DNA from: an uncultured Actinomycetes bacterium
GTDB taxonomy: Bacteria; Actinomycetota; UBA4738; HRBIN12
NCBI GenBank assembly: GCA_963777495.1
Contig: CAVZQM010000001.1
Span: 387,594-451,593, forward strand
Direction: 5' to 3'
DNA length: 64,000 nucleotides
Below are positions 10,467-20,878 of this stretch, one piece after another. Numbering within the stretch: position 1 is the first letter of the stretch; each line of letters opens with the position of its first letter. Made by a program: the position numbers and the translations under genes. The notes beneath the pieces are model-generated. The model did no database searches. It was not told where the DNA came from and worked only from the letters and a program-made list of their open reading frames with translations.

Positions 10467-10943
10467 TCATCCCTCCTTCGGGGCCGGCTCAGCGGCGTTC
10501 ACGAAGAGCGCCAGCACACCGTTCCAGTTCTCGCCGTAGCCGGCGCGGGCCTCTTCGGCCATGGCGCCCAGCCGCTCCCAACCGCGGTGTTCGAGGTCGA
10601 CGCGCGTGCCGCCCCCGTCGGCGACGAACGTGACCTCCAGCTCGGTGGGCGGGTTGTCGGTGAGGTTGGGCTTCCAGGCGAGGACCAGCCGGCGCGGGGG
10701 ATCCCATGCGAGGATCGTCGCCCACGTACCTTCCGTCCCGTCGGACATGACCTCGTAGACGCGGCCGCCTTCGTGCTCTTCGACGACCACCGTCTCCGCT
10801 TTGACCCCGCGGCCCTCGTACGTGTCCTCCGCCATCGAGAACGCCTGCAGCGGCCACCAGGCACCCATGTCCTGGGTGAAGACCCGGAAGGCGTCCGTGG
10901 GCGTGCGACCGACGGTCACGCTGGCGCGGATCGGCTCGATCAT
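10467..10943 (-). CDS. SRPBCC/AHSA1 (START-like) domain protein
   Basis: AFRVFTQDMGAWWP, WDPPRRLVLAW, TRVDLEHRGWERLG. Confidence 0.88.
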   Translation of the reverse strand: MIEPIRASVTVGRTPTDAFRVFTQDMGAWWPLQAFSMAEDTYEGRGVKAETVVVEEHEGGRVYEVMSDGTEGTWATILAWDPPRRLVLAWKPNLTDNPPTELEVTFVADGGGTRVDLEHRGWERLGAMAEEARAGYGENWNGVLALFVNAAEPAPKEG

Positions 10944-11263
10944 GGTGTTCCTCCTTCCCGCTCGGCGACCTCCTTGAAGGCGGCGAGCGCATCGGTCCAG
11001 AAGCTCTCCAGGTAGGTCCGCAGCGCGGCGAGCCCCTCGGGGTCGACGCGATACAGGTGCCGGGTGCCGTCCGTCCGCTCGGTCACGAGCCCCGCTCCCT
11101 TCAGGACGCGCAGGTGCTGGGAGACGGCGGGACGGCTGACGGGGAGATCCGCCGCGATGTCGACGACCGCGCGTGGTCCGTCGCGCAACAGCTCGAGGAC
11201 GGCGCGCCGGGTCGGATCGCCCAGCGCGTCCAGCACCTCCGCAGCGTTCGAAGAGTAAGCCAT
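10940..11263 (-). CDS. ArsR/SmtB family transcriptional regulator
   Basis: ALGDPTRRAVLELL, VSRPAVSQHLRVLKGAGLV; coupled to the SRPBCC gene. Confidence 0.92.
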   Translation of the reverse strand: MAYSSNAAEVLDALGDPTRRAVLELLRDGPRAVVDIAADLPVSRPAVSQHLRVLKGAGLVTERTDGTRHLYRVDPEGLAALRTYLESFWTDALAAFKEVAEREGGTP

Positions 11264-11264
11264 A

Positions 11265-11287
11265 ACTTACGGTAAGTATCGACTTAC
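11265..11287. promoter_or_regulatory. Probable ArsR autoregulatory operator
   Basis: Palindrome ACTTAC-G-GTAAGT (11265-11277) directly upstream of the ATG, plus another ACTTAC at 11282-11287. Confidence 0.6.
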
Positions 11288-11300
11288 GCTAGGGCGGATG

Positions 11301-12069
11301 TCAACCCTGCGCGGGCGTGAACGTGAACCCGGCGAGGACGATGTGTGCTGCACGCCCGTCGCTGGGGGCGAGGCCGTCCATCAGCCACAGGTTCACGTGC
11401 ACGTGGGCATCGCCCGGCGTCGGGACGTCGGGTCCGGTGTTCGCCCAGTGATCGATCAGCGCCTCCGAGGCCGTCGGTCCGGCTCGACGTGGCCCCACAC
11501 GCTCCGGAACTCCACCTGACCGAGCGTCCACGTGAACGCATGGGTCGTCCGGGCACGCGGTCCCGCGATGTCGAACCGATGGATGTTGCGCCGGGTCCTG
11601 GTACGGCTGCACGACGAACTGGGCGTTCGGGACCCGTACGGTCGCCCCACCGCGCGAGCTCGATGTCGATCTCGCGATGGTGCTCGCCGCCGTGGGTGTC
11701 CCACGTGAAGAGCCCCAGGACGACGTTCGGATCGAGGTCCGCCGGCCTGCCGGTGACGCGGAACGTGTACGTGCCGTAGCCGAATGCGTGCTGCGTCGTC
11801 AGTTCGGCGCAGTACCACCGCCCGTGGCGGCGTTCGATGCGCAGGTGCAGCCGGCGCCGCTCGTCGAGCCACACGGTGCGGCGGGAATCGGAGAATCGGT
11901 TGGGACCCGGACCCGACGGTCGGGGTTCGTCACGGACGTCCCACCGCATCCCGGAGAACCAGAGCGTTCGGTTCGCGCCCCGGCCGCTCAACGGGGCGGG
12001 AGAGGCGGAGGCGGCGGCAGGGGCGAGCAGCAACGACGCGACGATCAGGACGCGCAGCGTGCGTCGCAC
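11301..12069 (-). CDS. Secreted GH16-family glycoside hydrolase; frameshifted
   Basis: Signal peptide, GPGPNRFS, GYGTYTF, LGLFTWD, catalytic EIDIE motif; C-terminus (VHVNLWL) lies in another frame. Confidence 0.8.
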
Positions 12070-12078
12070 GGACGCCCG

Positions 12079-12537
12079 TTACCCGCTCAGCGCCACTCGC
12101 ACGTTCGGGACGGTGTCTTCCGGTGTGACCTTGTACCAGGCCCGCTCGATGCGGCCGGCCTCGTCGATCAGGAACGACGACCGGATGATGCCCATGTACG
12201 TCTTGCCGTCGTTCATCTTCTCGCCCCACACGTCGTACGCCTCCGCGATCGCGTGATCGGTGTCGGCGAGCAACGGGAACCCCAGGTCGAACTTCTGATC
12301 GAACTTCGACTGCGCGTCGGGCTCGTCCGGACTGATCCCCACGACGTCGACGCTGAGCGACGACAGCTCCTCCCGGGCGTCGCGGACCGCGCACGATTGC
12401 ACGGTGCACCCGGACGTGTCGGCCTTCGGATAGAAGTAGACGAGCAGCTTCCGTCCCGCGAAATCGGAGCGGTTCACCGTCTCGCCGGATTGGTCGAGCA
12501 ACGAGAACGACGGCGCAGGATCCCCGGGCTTCAGCAT
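12079..12537 (-). CDS. bcp: Thioredoxin-dependent peroxiredoxin Bcp
   Basis: VYFYPKADTSGCTVQSC, GIIRSSFLIDE. Confidence 0.93.
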   Translation of the reverse strand: MLKPGDPAPSFSLLDQSGETVNRSDFAGRKLLVYFYPKADTSGCTVQSCAVRDAREELSSLSVDVVGISPDEPDAQSKFDQKFDLGFPLLADTDHAIAEAYDVWGEKMNDGKTYMGIIRSSFLIDEAGRIERAWYKVTPEDTVPNVRVALSG

Positions 12538-12541
12538 CCCC

Positions 12542-14605
12542 TCAGGATAGGCGACCGGCGTCGAGCTGTGACCTGAGCTCGTCGGCCTCGGTGACGGGGA
12601 GCTTGCAGGTGAACCGCTCGCAGACGTAAGCCGTCGCCCGGCCATCTCGCGCCTCGCGGTCGCGAAGCAGCGGGACCGTGAGGGCGGCGCGTTCGTCGCC
12701 GGGTGCGGCGACGGCCATCACGACGTTCGGACGATAGGCCGCATCCGTCACCTCGACCGCCAGCGCGCGGGTGTCGCTCGCGGCCGGCTCGCCGACGATC
12801 GCGATCTCGAGCGATGGTCCGAGGTAGAGGTCCAGCGCGCAGAGCGCTTGCCCGAATCCGGTCGGCGCTCCCGCCATCGCGTCGCGGATCAGGCGCAACG
12901 CGGAGAGGCCGGCGTGCTCGTACGCGGCGTCGCCCGTGAACAGCGACAGGCGCAGGAGCACCTCCGCGGCGACGGAGTTCCCCGACGGCGTGGCGTTGTC
13001 GTAGAGCTCCTTCGGACGAAGGACCAGTGCCTCTGCGTCGGAACCCGTCTGGAAGAAGCCGCCGCGTTCGTCGTCGCGGAACAGTCTCATCAGCTCGTCG
13101 GCCAGCGTCACCGCTTCTTCGAACCATCGCAGCTCGAACGTCGTCTCGTAGAGGGTGAGGCACGCCGACGCCATGACCGCGTAGTCGTCGGCGAATCCCG
13201 GCCGGCCGGCCGTGCCGTTCCGCCACGAACGCAGCAGGCGTCCTCGTTCGTCGCGCAGGTGGCTCAGGATGAACCCCGCGCACCGCACCGCCGCACGCAC
13301 GTAGGTCGGTTCGTCGAACACGCGGCCCGCCTCGGCGAGCGCGCCGATCGCCAAGCCGTTCCACGCGGCGAGCACCTTGTCGTCGGTGCCCGGCCGCACC
13401 CGTGCTTCGCGCGTCTCGAACAACACACGGCGCGCGTCCTCGACTTCCGCCGCCAGCTCGTCGGCGGACACGCCGTGCTCCGCGGCGACGTCGGCGACGC
13501 TCCGGGGACGCCAGAGGACGTTCGTCCCTTCCCAGTTCCCTTGCGGCGTCGCGCCCAGGCACGCGGCCACGGCAGGCCCGACGAGCGCGACGAGCTCGTC
13601 CCATCCCCACACGAAGAACCGGCCCTCGACGCCTTCGCTGTCGGCATCCTGTGACGAGAAGAACCCACCCTCCGGATGCTGCATCTCGCGCAGGAGGTAC
13701 TCGGCCGTCTCCGTCGCGATCCGCCGATACGCGTCGTCGCGCGTGACCTGCCACGCACGGGTGTAGAGGCGGGTCAGCTGCGCGTTGTCGTAGAGCATCT
13801 TCTCGAAGTGGGGGACGTGCCACGCCGCGTCGGTCGAGTAGCGTGCGAAACCGCCGCCCACATGGTCGTAGATGCCGCCGGCCGCCATGCGGTCGAGCGT
13901 GGTCGTCACGATCTGCATCGCGGGCTCCCATCCGCGCACCGCGCAGCGGAGCGCGAACTCGAGCGTCATCGGCTGCGGGAACTTCGGTGCGCCGCCGAAC
14001 CCGCCACGCTCGTCATCGAACGCCTGATGCAGGCGCGAGAAGGCGGTGCGCGTGATCTGGTCGGACAACGGCTCGTGGGAAGCGCTCAAGAGCCCGACGC
14101 GTGCGATGTGTTCGGCGATCTTCGCGCCTTGCGTCACGAGTTCCTCGCGGCGTTCGTTCCAGGCCTCGGCGATGCCGCCCAGCACCTGCCGGAAGGAGGG
14201 CAGCCCGTGTTGCGGCACCGGCGGGAAGTACGTGCCCGCGAAGAACGGCTTGCCGTCGGGCGTGAGGAAGGCCGTGAGCGGCCATCCGCCACTTCCGGTC
14301 ATGGCCTGCGCCGCATCCATGTAGATGGCGTCCAGATCCGGCCGTTCCTCGCGGTCCACCTTGATGCAGACGAAGTTCGCGTTCATGAGCGCGGCGGTCG
14401 CTTGATCCTCGAACGACTCTCGCTCCATCACGTGGCACCAGTGGCACGCGGAGTAGCCGATCGAGACCAGGATCGGCCGGTCCTCGGCGGTCGCACGCTC
14501 GATCGCCTCGGGGCCCCAGGGGTACCAATCGACGGGGTTGTGCGCGTGCTGGAGGAGGTACGGGCTGGTCTCGGTGGCCAGTCGGTTCGCGCGCTCCGTC
14601 GTCAT
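12542..14605 (-). CDS. YyaL/SSP411 thioredoxin-domain protein
   Basis: [39 protein letters not shown]. Confidence 0.93.
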   Translation of the reverse strand: MTTERANRLATETSPYLLQHAHNPVDWYPWGPEAIERATAEDRPILVSIGYSACHWCHVMERESFEDQATAALMNANFVCIKVDREERPDLDAIYMDAAQAMTGSGGWPLTAFLTPDGKPFFAGTYFPPVPQHGLPSFRQVLGGIAEAWNERREELVTQGAKIAEHIARVGLLSASHEPLSDQITRTAFSRLHQAFDDERGGFGGAPKFPQPMTLEFALRCAVRGWEPAMQIVTTTLDRMAAGGIYDHVGGGFARYSTDAAWHVPHFEKMLYDNAQLTRLYTRAWQVTRDDAYRRIATETAEYLLREMQHPEGGFFSSQDADSEGVEGRFFVWGWDELVALVGPAVAACLGATPQGNWEGTNVLWRPRSVADVAAEHGVSADELAAEVEDARRVLFETREARVRPGTDDKVLAAWNGLAIGALAEAGRVFDEPTYVRAAVRCAGFILSHLRDERGRLLRSWRNGTAGRPGFADDYAVMASACLTLYETTFELRWFEEAVTLADELMRLFRDDERGGFFQTGSDAEALVLRPKELYDNATPSGNSVAAEVLLRLSLFTGDAAYEHAGLSALRLIRDAMAGAPTGFGQALCALDLYLGPSLEIAIVGEPAASDTRALAVEVTDAAYRPNVVMAVAAPGDERAALTVPLLRDREARDGRATAYVCERFTCKLPVTEADELRSQLDAGRLS

Positions 14606-14698
14606 GTGACCAGTGTCTCGCGCGAGGCGGCCAAGGACATCGAGCCTGGCTCTTCAGGACGCGCCCGCCGCGTGCCGATGGACTGGGCGGGGAGAGTG

Positions 14699-15362
14699 AT
14701 GGTCGAAGACATCCGCGTGCTCGTCGTCGGTGGAGGCCCTGGAGGTACGAAGGGTCAGATCTGCGGTTTGCCCGGCGACGGCGTCAGTGTGCTCGGCCCG
14801 GTCGCCGATGCAGGATCCGCGCTTCGGGCACTGGAGCTTGAACCAACGGCCCTGGTGTTGGTCGACCTCGATCGCCCCGACGAAGGCGGCATCGAGATCG
14901 TTCGCCGGATCCGCGAGGCGGTCGAGCGGACGCGCGTCATCGGCGTGACCGTGCAGCGCGGCCCGGACCTCGCGGCCGGGGCGTTGGCCGCCGGAGCGTG
15001 CGGGGTCGTCACCCCCGAGCCGCACGGAGAGAGCCTGGTATCGGTCTTCCGTCGGGCGTTGGCCGGCGAGCTCGATCCTGCCCGCGATCCACCTGTCGAA
15101 CCTGGTCGATCGCCTGCGCGACGGCCGGGAGGCATCCGCCGTCAGCGGGCTCGACTTCCTGACGACGCGCGAGCTCGAGATCCTCCGCGCGCTGGCCGAC
15201 GGAGCGTCGACGATGGAGATCGCCGGATCGCTCGGGATCCGACCGATGACGGTCCAGAGCCACGTGAAGAACATCCTCGCCAAGCTCGGCGTGCACTCCA
15301 AGGTCGAGGCGGTCACGCTCGCGTGGCGGTTCGGGCTGGGCTCGGTCACCCGCAGCGCGTGA
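14699..15362 (+). CDS. NarL/LuxR-family response regulator 1 (atypical receiver); frameshift near 15075
   Basis: GGAGAG RBS; receiver-like N-terminus; LTTRELEIL...TVQSHVKNILAKLGVHSKVEAV HTH in a shifted frame. Confidence 0.75.
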
Positions 15363-15386
15363 TCCCCCGGGGGTAGCCTTCCGGAG

Positions 15387-16058
15387 ATGGTCGGCGAGGG
15401 GCAGACGGTCGCGGCGAGGCTGGTCGTCGCCGACGCGCACCCGGTCGTCCGACGCGCGGTCCGGCTGTCCTGTGACGCGCTCCCCGGTCTCGAGGTGGTG
15501 GGGGAGGCCGACACCGGCTTCGACGTCCTGGCCGTCTGCGAGGAGCTCCGGCCCGACGTCGCCGTCCTCGATATCGCGCTGCCCGACGGTGTCGAGGCGA
15601 TCCGTGGGCTGAACGACCGGCAGCTGGTGGACATCGTCGTCGTGCTCACGGACCGCACGGACGGCGCGTCCGTGATGGAGGCGTTGCGTCTGGGCGTGGA
15701 GGGGTACCTGGTCAAGTCGTCGGCGCTGCCGACCGTCGGACGGCAGATCCGGCGCGTGCTCGACGGCGAGCGGGTGATCTCGCCGGAGGTGCAGCGGATC
15801 GCCCTCGGGGAGTTGGGGGCGTTCGCCCGCATGGCCCGCGAGGGAAGTGTGGTCCGGGCGTCGCTCACGCCGCGGGAGCACGAGGTCCTGATGCTGCTGA
15901 GCCAGGGGCTCACGATGCGCCAGATGGCGAAGCGCCTGGGCATCTCGCCACGGACGGTCGAGACGCACATGGCCAAGCTCTACCGCAAGCTCGACGCGCG
16001 CACGCGGGTCCAGGCGGTGTCCCGGGCTGTCTCGCTGGGCATCATCGAGCTTCGCTGA
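15387..16058 (+). CDS. NarL/LuxR-family response regulator 2 (canonical receiver)
   Basis: VLDIALPD phosphoacceptor, GYLVK, LTPREHEVL...TVETHMAKLYRKL. Confidence 0.92.
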   Translation: MVGEGQTVAARLVVADAHPVVRRAVRLSCDALPGLEVVGEADTGFDVLAVCEELRPDVAVLDIALPDGVEAIRGLNDRQLVDIVVVLTDRTDGASVMEALRLGVEGYLVKSSALPTVGRQIRRVLDGERVISPEVQRIALGELGAFARMAREGSVVRASLTPREHEVLMLLSQGLTMRQMAKRLGISPRTVETHMAKLYRKLDARTRVQAVSRAVSLGIIELR

Positions 16059-16160
16059 CGCCGACCGCAGCCCTCGACTCGCCCAAACGACGGCCGCGGT
16101 ACGGGGTGCAGTCCGGCGTGGCGGCTCATCCTTTGGCCCCCTACGGCCGATAGGTGAGGC

Positions 16161-16871
16161 ATGAGCAAGCGCCCCGCCGCCGGGCACGCAGGTGGCTCGA
16201 CCTCCGCGCGAAGGCTAGGCGTGATCCTGGTCGACCCGCTGCCTGTGGTTCGAGCGGGCACCAGGCTGCTGATCGACGACCGGCCGGACATGGAGGTGCT
16301 CGCCGAGGCGGGGACCGCCGACGAGGGCGTGGAGGCCATCACGCGGGTCCGTCGCACGCGGGTGGTGGTCCTGGTAGGTCTCGGGCTCACGGGCGAGCAC
16401 GACGCCTATTGGCTGATCCGCACGCTCCGTCAGCGCTATCCGACGCACGCGATCCTCGGGTTCGGGGCCAACGCGGATCCCACGTCGATCAGTCGGGCGT
16501 TGTTCGTCGGCGCCGACGGCTTCGTCGACAAGAACATCGACCCCGTCGACTTCTTGCAGGCGCTCCGCCGCGCGGCCGACCGCGAGATGGTGCTCGCGAT
16601 CCCCGAGTCGTCTGCCGTGGGGCAGATCGTCGAGGGGATCGAACGCCGGCGCGAGGTCGAGGTCAAGCTCACCGATCGCGAACGCGAGGTCCTGGTGGTC
16701 GCCGCCGAGGGCCTCACCGCCCGCCAGATCGCGACGCGGCTCGGTGTGCGTGAGCGCACCGTCACCACGCACCTCGCGCGCATCTACGGAAAGTTGGGTG
16801 TCGGGAGCCGCTTGGCAGCGATCCGTTTGGCCTCGCAGTCCGGCCTCGTCAGCGTCGGTGCATCCGAGTAG
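16161..16871 (+). CDS. NarL/LuxR-family response regulator 3 (no phosphoacceptor Asp)
   Basis: VLVGLGL where Asp is expected; LTDREREVL...TVTTHLARIYGKLGV. Confidence 0.9.
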   Translation: MSKRPAAGHAGGSTSARRLGVILVDPLPVVRAGTRLLIDDRPDMEVLAEAGTADEGVEAITRVRRTRVVVLVGLGLTGEHDAYWLIRTLRQRYPTHAILGFGANADPTSISRALFVGADGFVDKNIDPVDFLQALRRAADREMVLAIPESSAVGQIVEGIERRREVEVKLTDREREVLVVAAEGLTARQIATRLGVRERTVTTHLARIYGKLGVGSRLAAIRLASQSGLVSVGASE

Positions 16872-16947
16872 CGGCGGGATCATGCGACGCCGATCCACCT
16901 TCGCAGCCATCGAGAACCCCTGCGAGGGACCCCGTCCGAGCGGAAAC

Positions 16948-16980
16948 AGGTACGTAGTCGCTACGTATAAGTGCGTACCT
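16948..16980. promoter_or_regulatory. Nested inverted repeat upstream of the flp promoter
   Basis: AGGTACG...CGTACCT outer arms with inner TACGTAG-TCG-CTACGTA; a possible -10 TACCGT at 17024-17029. Confidence 0.55.
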
Positions 16981-17087
16981 AGCCTCCGGGAAACGCGGAA
17001 TTCCCAGGTCGGGGCACTCCCCATACCGTTGGTCGTGGCGGCTCAAGCCGCCCGGGTTCTCGCCCGAAACCTTCGGAGAGGAGGTGT

Positions 17088-17294
17088 GTGTACATGTTCC
17101 TAGCTCTCTACACCGGCGTTCAGACCTGGTGGGGTGACCTCAAGCTTCGCGCACGCGAAGAGGGTGGCGCCACTGCGGTCGAGTACGCGCTGATGGTCGC
17201 GCTGATCGCGGCGGTCATCATCGCAGCTGTGACGATCCTGGGTGAAAACGCCGAGGAGAAGTTCGTTGAGGTTGGCACCGCAGTCGGTTCGTAG
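17088..17294 (+). CDS. flp: Flp family type IVb pilin
   Basis: EEGG|ATAVEYALMVALIAAVII prepilin motif; GAGGAGG RBS. Confidence 0.93.
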   Translation: MYMFLALYTGVQTWWGDLKLRAREEGGATAVEYALMVALIAAVIIAAVTILGENAEEKFVEVGTAVGS

Positions 17295-17311
17295 TCGCTT
17301 CATCATCTGCA

Positions 17312-17404
17312 TGAGCGGCCTTCGCCGGCCGCTCACTCCCGAGTGTGAGGGGAGCGAGGGGCCGGCGAACCCGCCGAACGGCGCGTCCCAACCGGACGCG
17401 CCGT
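17312..17404 (+). terminator. Two strong hairpins after flp (attenuation or mRNA stabilisation)
   Basis: TGAGCGGCC/GGCCGCTCA (17312-17335) and ACGGCGCGTCC/GGACGCGCCGT (17378-17404). Confidence 0.6.
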
Positions 17405-17510
17405 CCGGATGAACGCACGACGGTTCGCGGAACGTAGGTCCAGAACGACGCACCGACGCACGGTCGCCGCGGTTGCGATCGAGCGAAGCAGCATCGAAAG
17501 GAGAGGTCTG

Positions 17511-18308
17511 ATGAGGTCACGAGGTCTGGTCGTCGCCCTCGCCGTGCTGCTCGCTGTAGCGGCCGCGGGTGCGGTGGTTCTCTACACGAACGGCGTCAAG
17601 AAGGCTGCGGAATCGGGCGGAAGCCTGACCACGGTCATCGTGGCGTCGCAAGATATCCCGGCCAACACGAGCCTGGACGATCTGGTCGCTTCCGGTGGCT
17701 TCAAGGAGCTGAGCGTCCCGGCGGACGCCGTCGTCGATGGCGCGGTCACGACCCTGGCGGAGCTCCGTGGGCAAACCACGACCGCCCCGATCGTGGCCAA
17801 CGAGCAGATGACGGCCTCGAACCTCTCCAGCGGCGAGCAGGTCGAAGGCGGCATGCTCGGCATCTCGAAGGGTCACGTCGCGCTCACGATCAAGCTGAAC
17901 GCGCCCCAGGGCGTGAACGGCAACATCCAACGCGGCGACAACATCACCGTGTTCGCCACGTTCACGGGCGCCTCCATCATCAAGGGCGGCACGATCGAGG
18001 ACCTGGTGAACGGCACCACCGAGACGACGACCGACCGGCAGGACCTGCCCGACTTCACGGCGACCCTGATCCCGACCGTTCGCGTCCTGGAGGTCGTGAA
18101 CCCGGGCATCGACCCCGACGGCGAGCCGACCGGGGACTCCGTCACGTTGACGCTCGACCTGCTCCCTGCCGACGCGCAGAGCCTCACGCTCTCGAACCAG
18201 ACCGGAACGCTCTACATCGGCCTCCTGCCTCCGGGCGAGGAAGGGCACGAGATCCCCGCCTCCACCTTGCCGGTGCAGCTGCTGCTGGGGAAGCGGGCCA
18301 TCGTATGA
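17511..18308 (+). CDS. cpaB: Flp pilus assembly protein CpaB/RcpC
   Basis: N-terminal TM helix, SAF domain (VASQDIPANT), GNIQRGDNITV, VTLTLDL; GAAAGGAG RBS. Confidence 0.85.
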   Translation: MRSRGLVVALAVLLAVAAAGAVVLYTNGVKKAAESGGSLTTVIVASQDIPANTSLDDLVASGGFKELSVPADAVVDGAVTTLAELRGQTTTAPIVANEQMTASNLSSGEQVEGGMLGISKGHVALTIKLNAPQGVNGNIQRGDNITVFATFTGASIIKGGTIEDLVNGTTETTTDRQDLPDFTATLIPTVRVLEVVNPGIDPDGEPTGDSVTLTLDLLPADAQSLTLSNQTGTLYIGLLPPGEEGHEIPASTLPVQLLLGKRAIV

Positions 18309-19543
18309 CCGAAGCCAGCGTCGTCGCCGTCGGGACGCCGCAATCCTTCCGCCAGCAGATCGCTCGTGCGCTGGAGGTCGAGATGGAGGAGATCGGCTGG
18401 GCCCAGTCCGCCACGGTCGCGGAGGAGTTGTTGATCAACGCCTTCACACCGATCGACGTGCTGGTGCTCTCGCCGGAGGTCAAGGAGCCCGACGCGCTGG
18501 GTCTCGCGGAGTTCGTGGGACGCCAGTCGCCGGGAACCGCGATCGTCCTGGTCCGTGACCACACGTGGAACGGGTTGCTGCCCGCAGCGATGCGGGCCGG
18601 CATCCGCGACGTCGTGGACATGACCCAAGGCACCGAGGAGCTCCGCGATGCCGTCGAGCGTGCGGTGGCGTGGGCCACCAACCTGCGTTCGATGGGCGGC
18701 AACGCCACGGAGAGCTCGCAGCAGGAGCGAGGCCACATCATCTCGGTCTTCTCCTCGAAGGGCGGCAGCGGCAAGACGTTCCTCACCACGAACCTCGCCG
18801 CGGCGATCTCCGACATCACCGGCCAAGACACGGCCGTGGTCGACCTGGACACGGACATGGGCGACGTCTTCACGTACTTCGGCCGCGAGCCGAGCGCGCG
18901 GGTGGACGACATGATGGGTCTCGGCGAAGGCGCCGATCACGATCGGATCCGTGAGATCGGCGTCCCGTTCGGCGAGCACCTCTGGGGCTTCGGCTCCCCG
19001 CCGGACCCCGCGGCCGAGCCGCCTGCCGGAGAGGCCGTGGGCAAGTTCCTGCGGACGCTCCGCGCGGACTTCTCGTACGTGGTGGTCGACGCGTCCGTGG
19101 ACTACTCGGACTCGGCGCTCGTCTGCTTCGACCTTTCGGACGCGATCTGCCTGGTCACGCCGCTCGACGTGGTCGGCGTGAAGCACCTGTCCAAGGCGCT
19201 CGACACGCTGCTCACGATCGGGTTGCCGCGCGAGCGGTTCCGCGTGGTCCTGAACCGTGCCGACAGCAAGGTGGGATTGGACTCGACCGACGTGGAGCGC
19301 GTCATGAAGATCACGGTCGACGCGATGATCCCATCGAGCCGGCTGGTGCCGACGGCGCTCAACAAGGGACGCCCGGTGGTGCTCGATGAGCCCAACTCCG
19401 ACGTCTCCACGGCCGTCCGGCAGCTGGCCACCCGTTTCACCCATCAGTTCGCCGCGACCACGCACGACGGCGGTCAAGGCGTCAACGGCAACGGCTCGAA
19501 CCCTAAGACGAAGCGCAAGCGGTTCTCGAGGACCGCAAGCTAA
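18305..19543 (+). CDS. cpaE: CpaE/TadZ receiver plus MinD-like ATPase
   Basis: Degenerate receiver followed by SSKGGSGKT, VVDLD, VLNRAD. Confidence 0.88.
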   Translation: MTEASVVAVGTPQSFRQQIARALEVEMEEIGWAQSATVAEELLINAFTPIDVLVLSPEVKEPDALGLAEFVGRQSPGTAIVLVRDHTWNGLLPAAMRAGIRDVVDMTQGTEELRDAVERAVAWATNLRSMGGNATESSQQERGHIISVFSSKGGSGKTFLTTNLAAAISDITGQDTAVVDLDTDMGDVFTYFGREPSARVDDMMGLGEGADHDRIREIGVPFGEHLWGFGSPPDPAAEPPAGEAVGKFLRTLRADFSYVVVDASVDYSDSALVCFDLSDAICLVTPLDVVGVKHLSKALDTLLTIGLPRERFRVVLNRADSKVGLDSTDVERVMKITVDAMIPSSRLVPTALNKGRPVVLDEPNSDVSTAVRQLATRFTHQFAATTHDGGQGVNGNGSNPKTKRKRFSRTAS

Positions 19544-19558
19544 GGAGGTCTGGCTCCC

Positions 19559-20878
19559 ATGTCACTGGCAGATAGGCTCGCGAAGGCTTCACAGCGGGAC
19601 CGTATCGCCGACGTCCGTCTCCGGGTGCAGGAACGCCTGGTCGAGGTCCTCGGTCCCCGTCTGTACGACTCCACGCTCTCCGACAACGAGCTCGAAGGTC
19701 TGGTCCACCAGCGTCTGCGCGAGCTGCTCGACGAAGAGGAGGGACCGCTCTCCTCGCAGGAGAAGCTCCTGATCGTCCGGCAGATCGGCGACAGCGTCCT
19801 GGGACTGGGACCGCTCGAGCCGTTCGTGCGCGACCCGGACGTCTCCGAGATCATGGTGAACGGCTGGGACACGATCTACGTCGAGCGCGCCGGCAAGCTC
19901 TACTGGACCGGCACGAAGTTCCACGACGAGCAGCAGCTGCGCCGCACGATCGACAAGATCGTCGGCAAGGTCGGCCGCCGCGTGGACGAGGCGTCGCCGT
20001 ACGTGGACGCCCGCCTGCCGGACGGCTCGCGTGTCAACGCGATCATCCCGCCGCTGTCGATCGACGGTCCGGCGCTGACGATCAGGAAGTTCTCCGCCGA
20101 TCCGTTCGGCGCCGACGACCTGATCGAGTTCGGCACCATGACGTCGCAGGTGTCGCAGTTCCTGGAGGCCTGCGTCCGTGGACGCATCAACGTCCTGGTC
20201 TCCGGAGGGACGGGTGCCGGCAAGACGTCGACGCTGAACGTGCTGTCGTCGTTCATCCCCGACGACGAGCGCATCATCACGATCGAGGACGCGGCCGAGC
20301 TGCGTCTGCAGCAGCCGCACGTGATCCGTCTGGAGTCGCGCCCGCCGAACATCGAGGGCACGGGGCAGGTCGCGATCCGCGACCTGGTCCGCAACGCCCT
20401 GCGCATGCGCCCGGACCGCATCGTCGTCGGTGAGGTCCGTGACGCCGCCGCCCTGGACATGCTCCAGGCCATGAACACCGGTCACGACGGTTCGATCTCC
20501 ACGATCCACTCCAACTCGCCGCGCGACTCGCTCTCGCGGCTGGAGACGATCACGATGATGGCCGGGATGGAGCTGTCCCCGCGGTCCATCCGCGAACAGA
20601 TCTCTTCGGCGATCCAGCTGATCGTGCACCAGCAGCGTCTGAAGGACGGCTCGCGACGCTTCACCCACGTCACCGAGATCGAGGGGATGGAGGGTGACGT
20701 GATCACGCTCCAGGACCTCTTCCTCTTCGACTTCGCCGCCGGCATGGACGACGAAGGGAAGTTCAAGGGACGTCTGAAGTCCACGGGCCTGCGGCCGAAG
20801 TTCGTCGACAAGCTCGAGGAGCGGGGCGTCTACCTGGACGCGGAGATCTTCGCGCTGGACTCACGGAGCATGGACTGA
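19559..20878 (+). CDS. cpaF: Tad pilus assembly ATPase CpaF/TadA
   Basis: [38 protein letters not shown]. Confidence 0.96.
   Translation: MSLADRLAKASQRDRIADVRLRVQERLVEVLGPRLYDSTLSDNELEGLVHQRLRELLDEEEGPLSSQEKLLIVRQIGDSVLGLGPLEPFVRDPDVSEIMVNGWDTIYVERAGKLYWTGTKFHDEQQLRRTIDKIVGKVGRRVDEASPYVDARLPDGSRVNAIIPPLSIDGPALTIRKFSADPFGADDLIEFGTMTSQVSQFLEACVRGRINVLVSGGTGAGKTSTLNVLSSFIPDDERIITIEDAAELRLQQPHVIRLESRPPNIEGTGQVAIRDLVRNALRMRPDRIVVGEVRDAAALDMLQAMNTGHDGSISTIHSNSPRDSLSRLETITMMAGMELSPRSIREQISSAIQLIVHQQRLKDGSRRFTHVTEIEGMEGDVITLQDLFLFDFAAGMDDEGKFKGRLKSTGLRPKFVDKLEERGVYLDAEIFALDSRSMD

Noticed and set aside
17295-17510. Ms1 RNA near the tad genes
   Set aside because: Ms1 is often syntenic with tad genes, but here I saw only two local hairpins, no separate promoter, and no HAD-IB/ssd neighbours.
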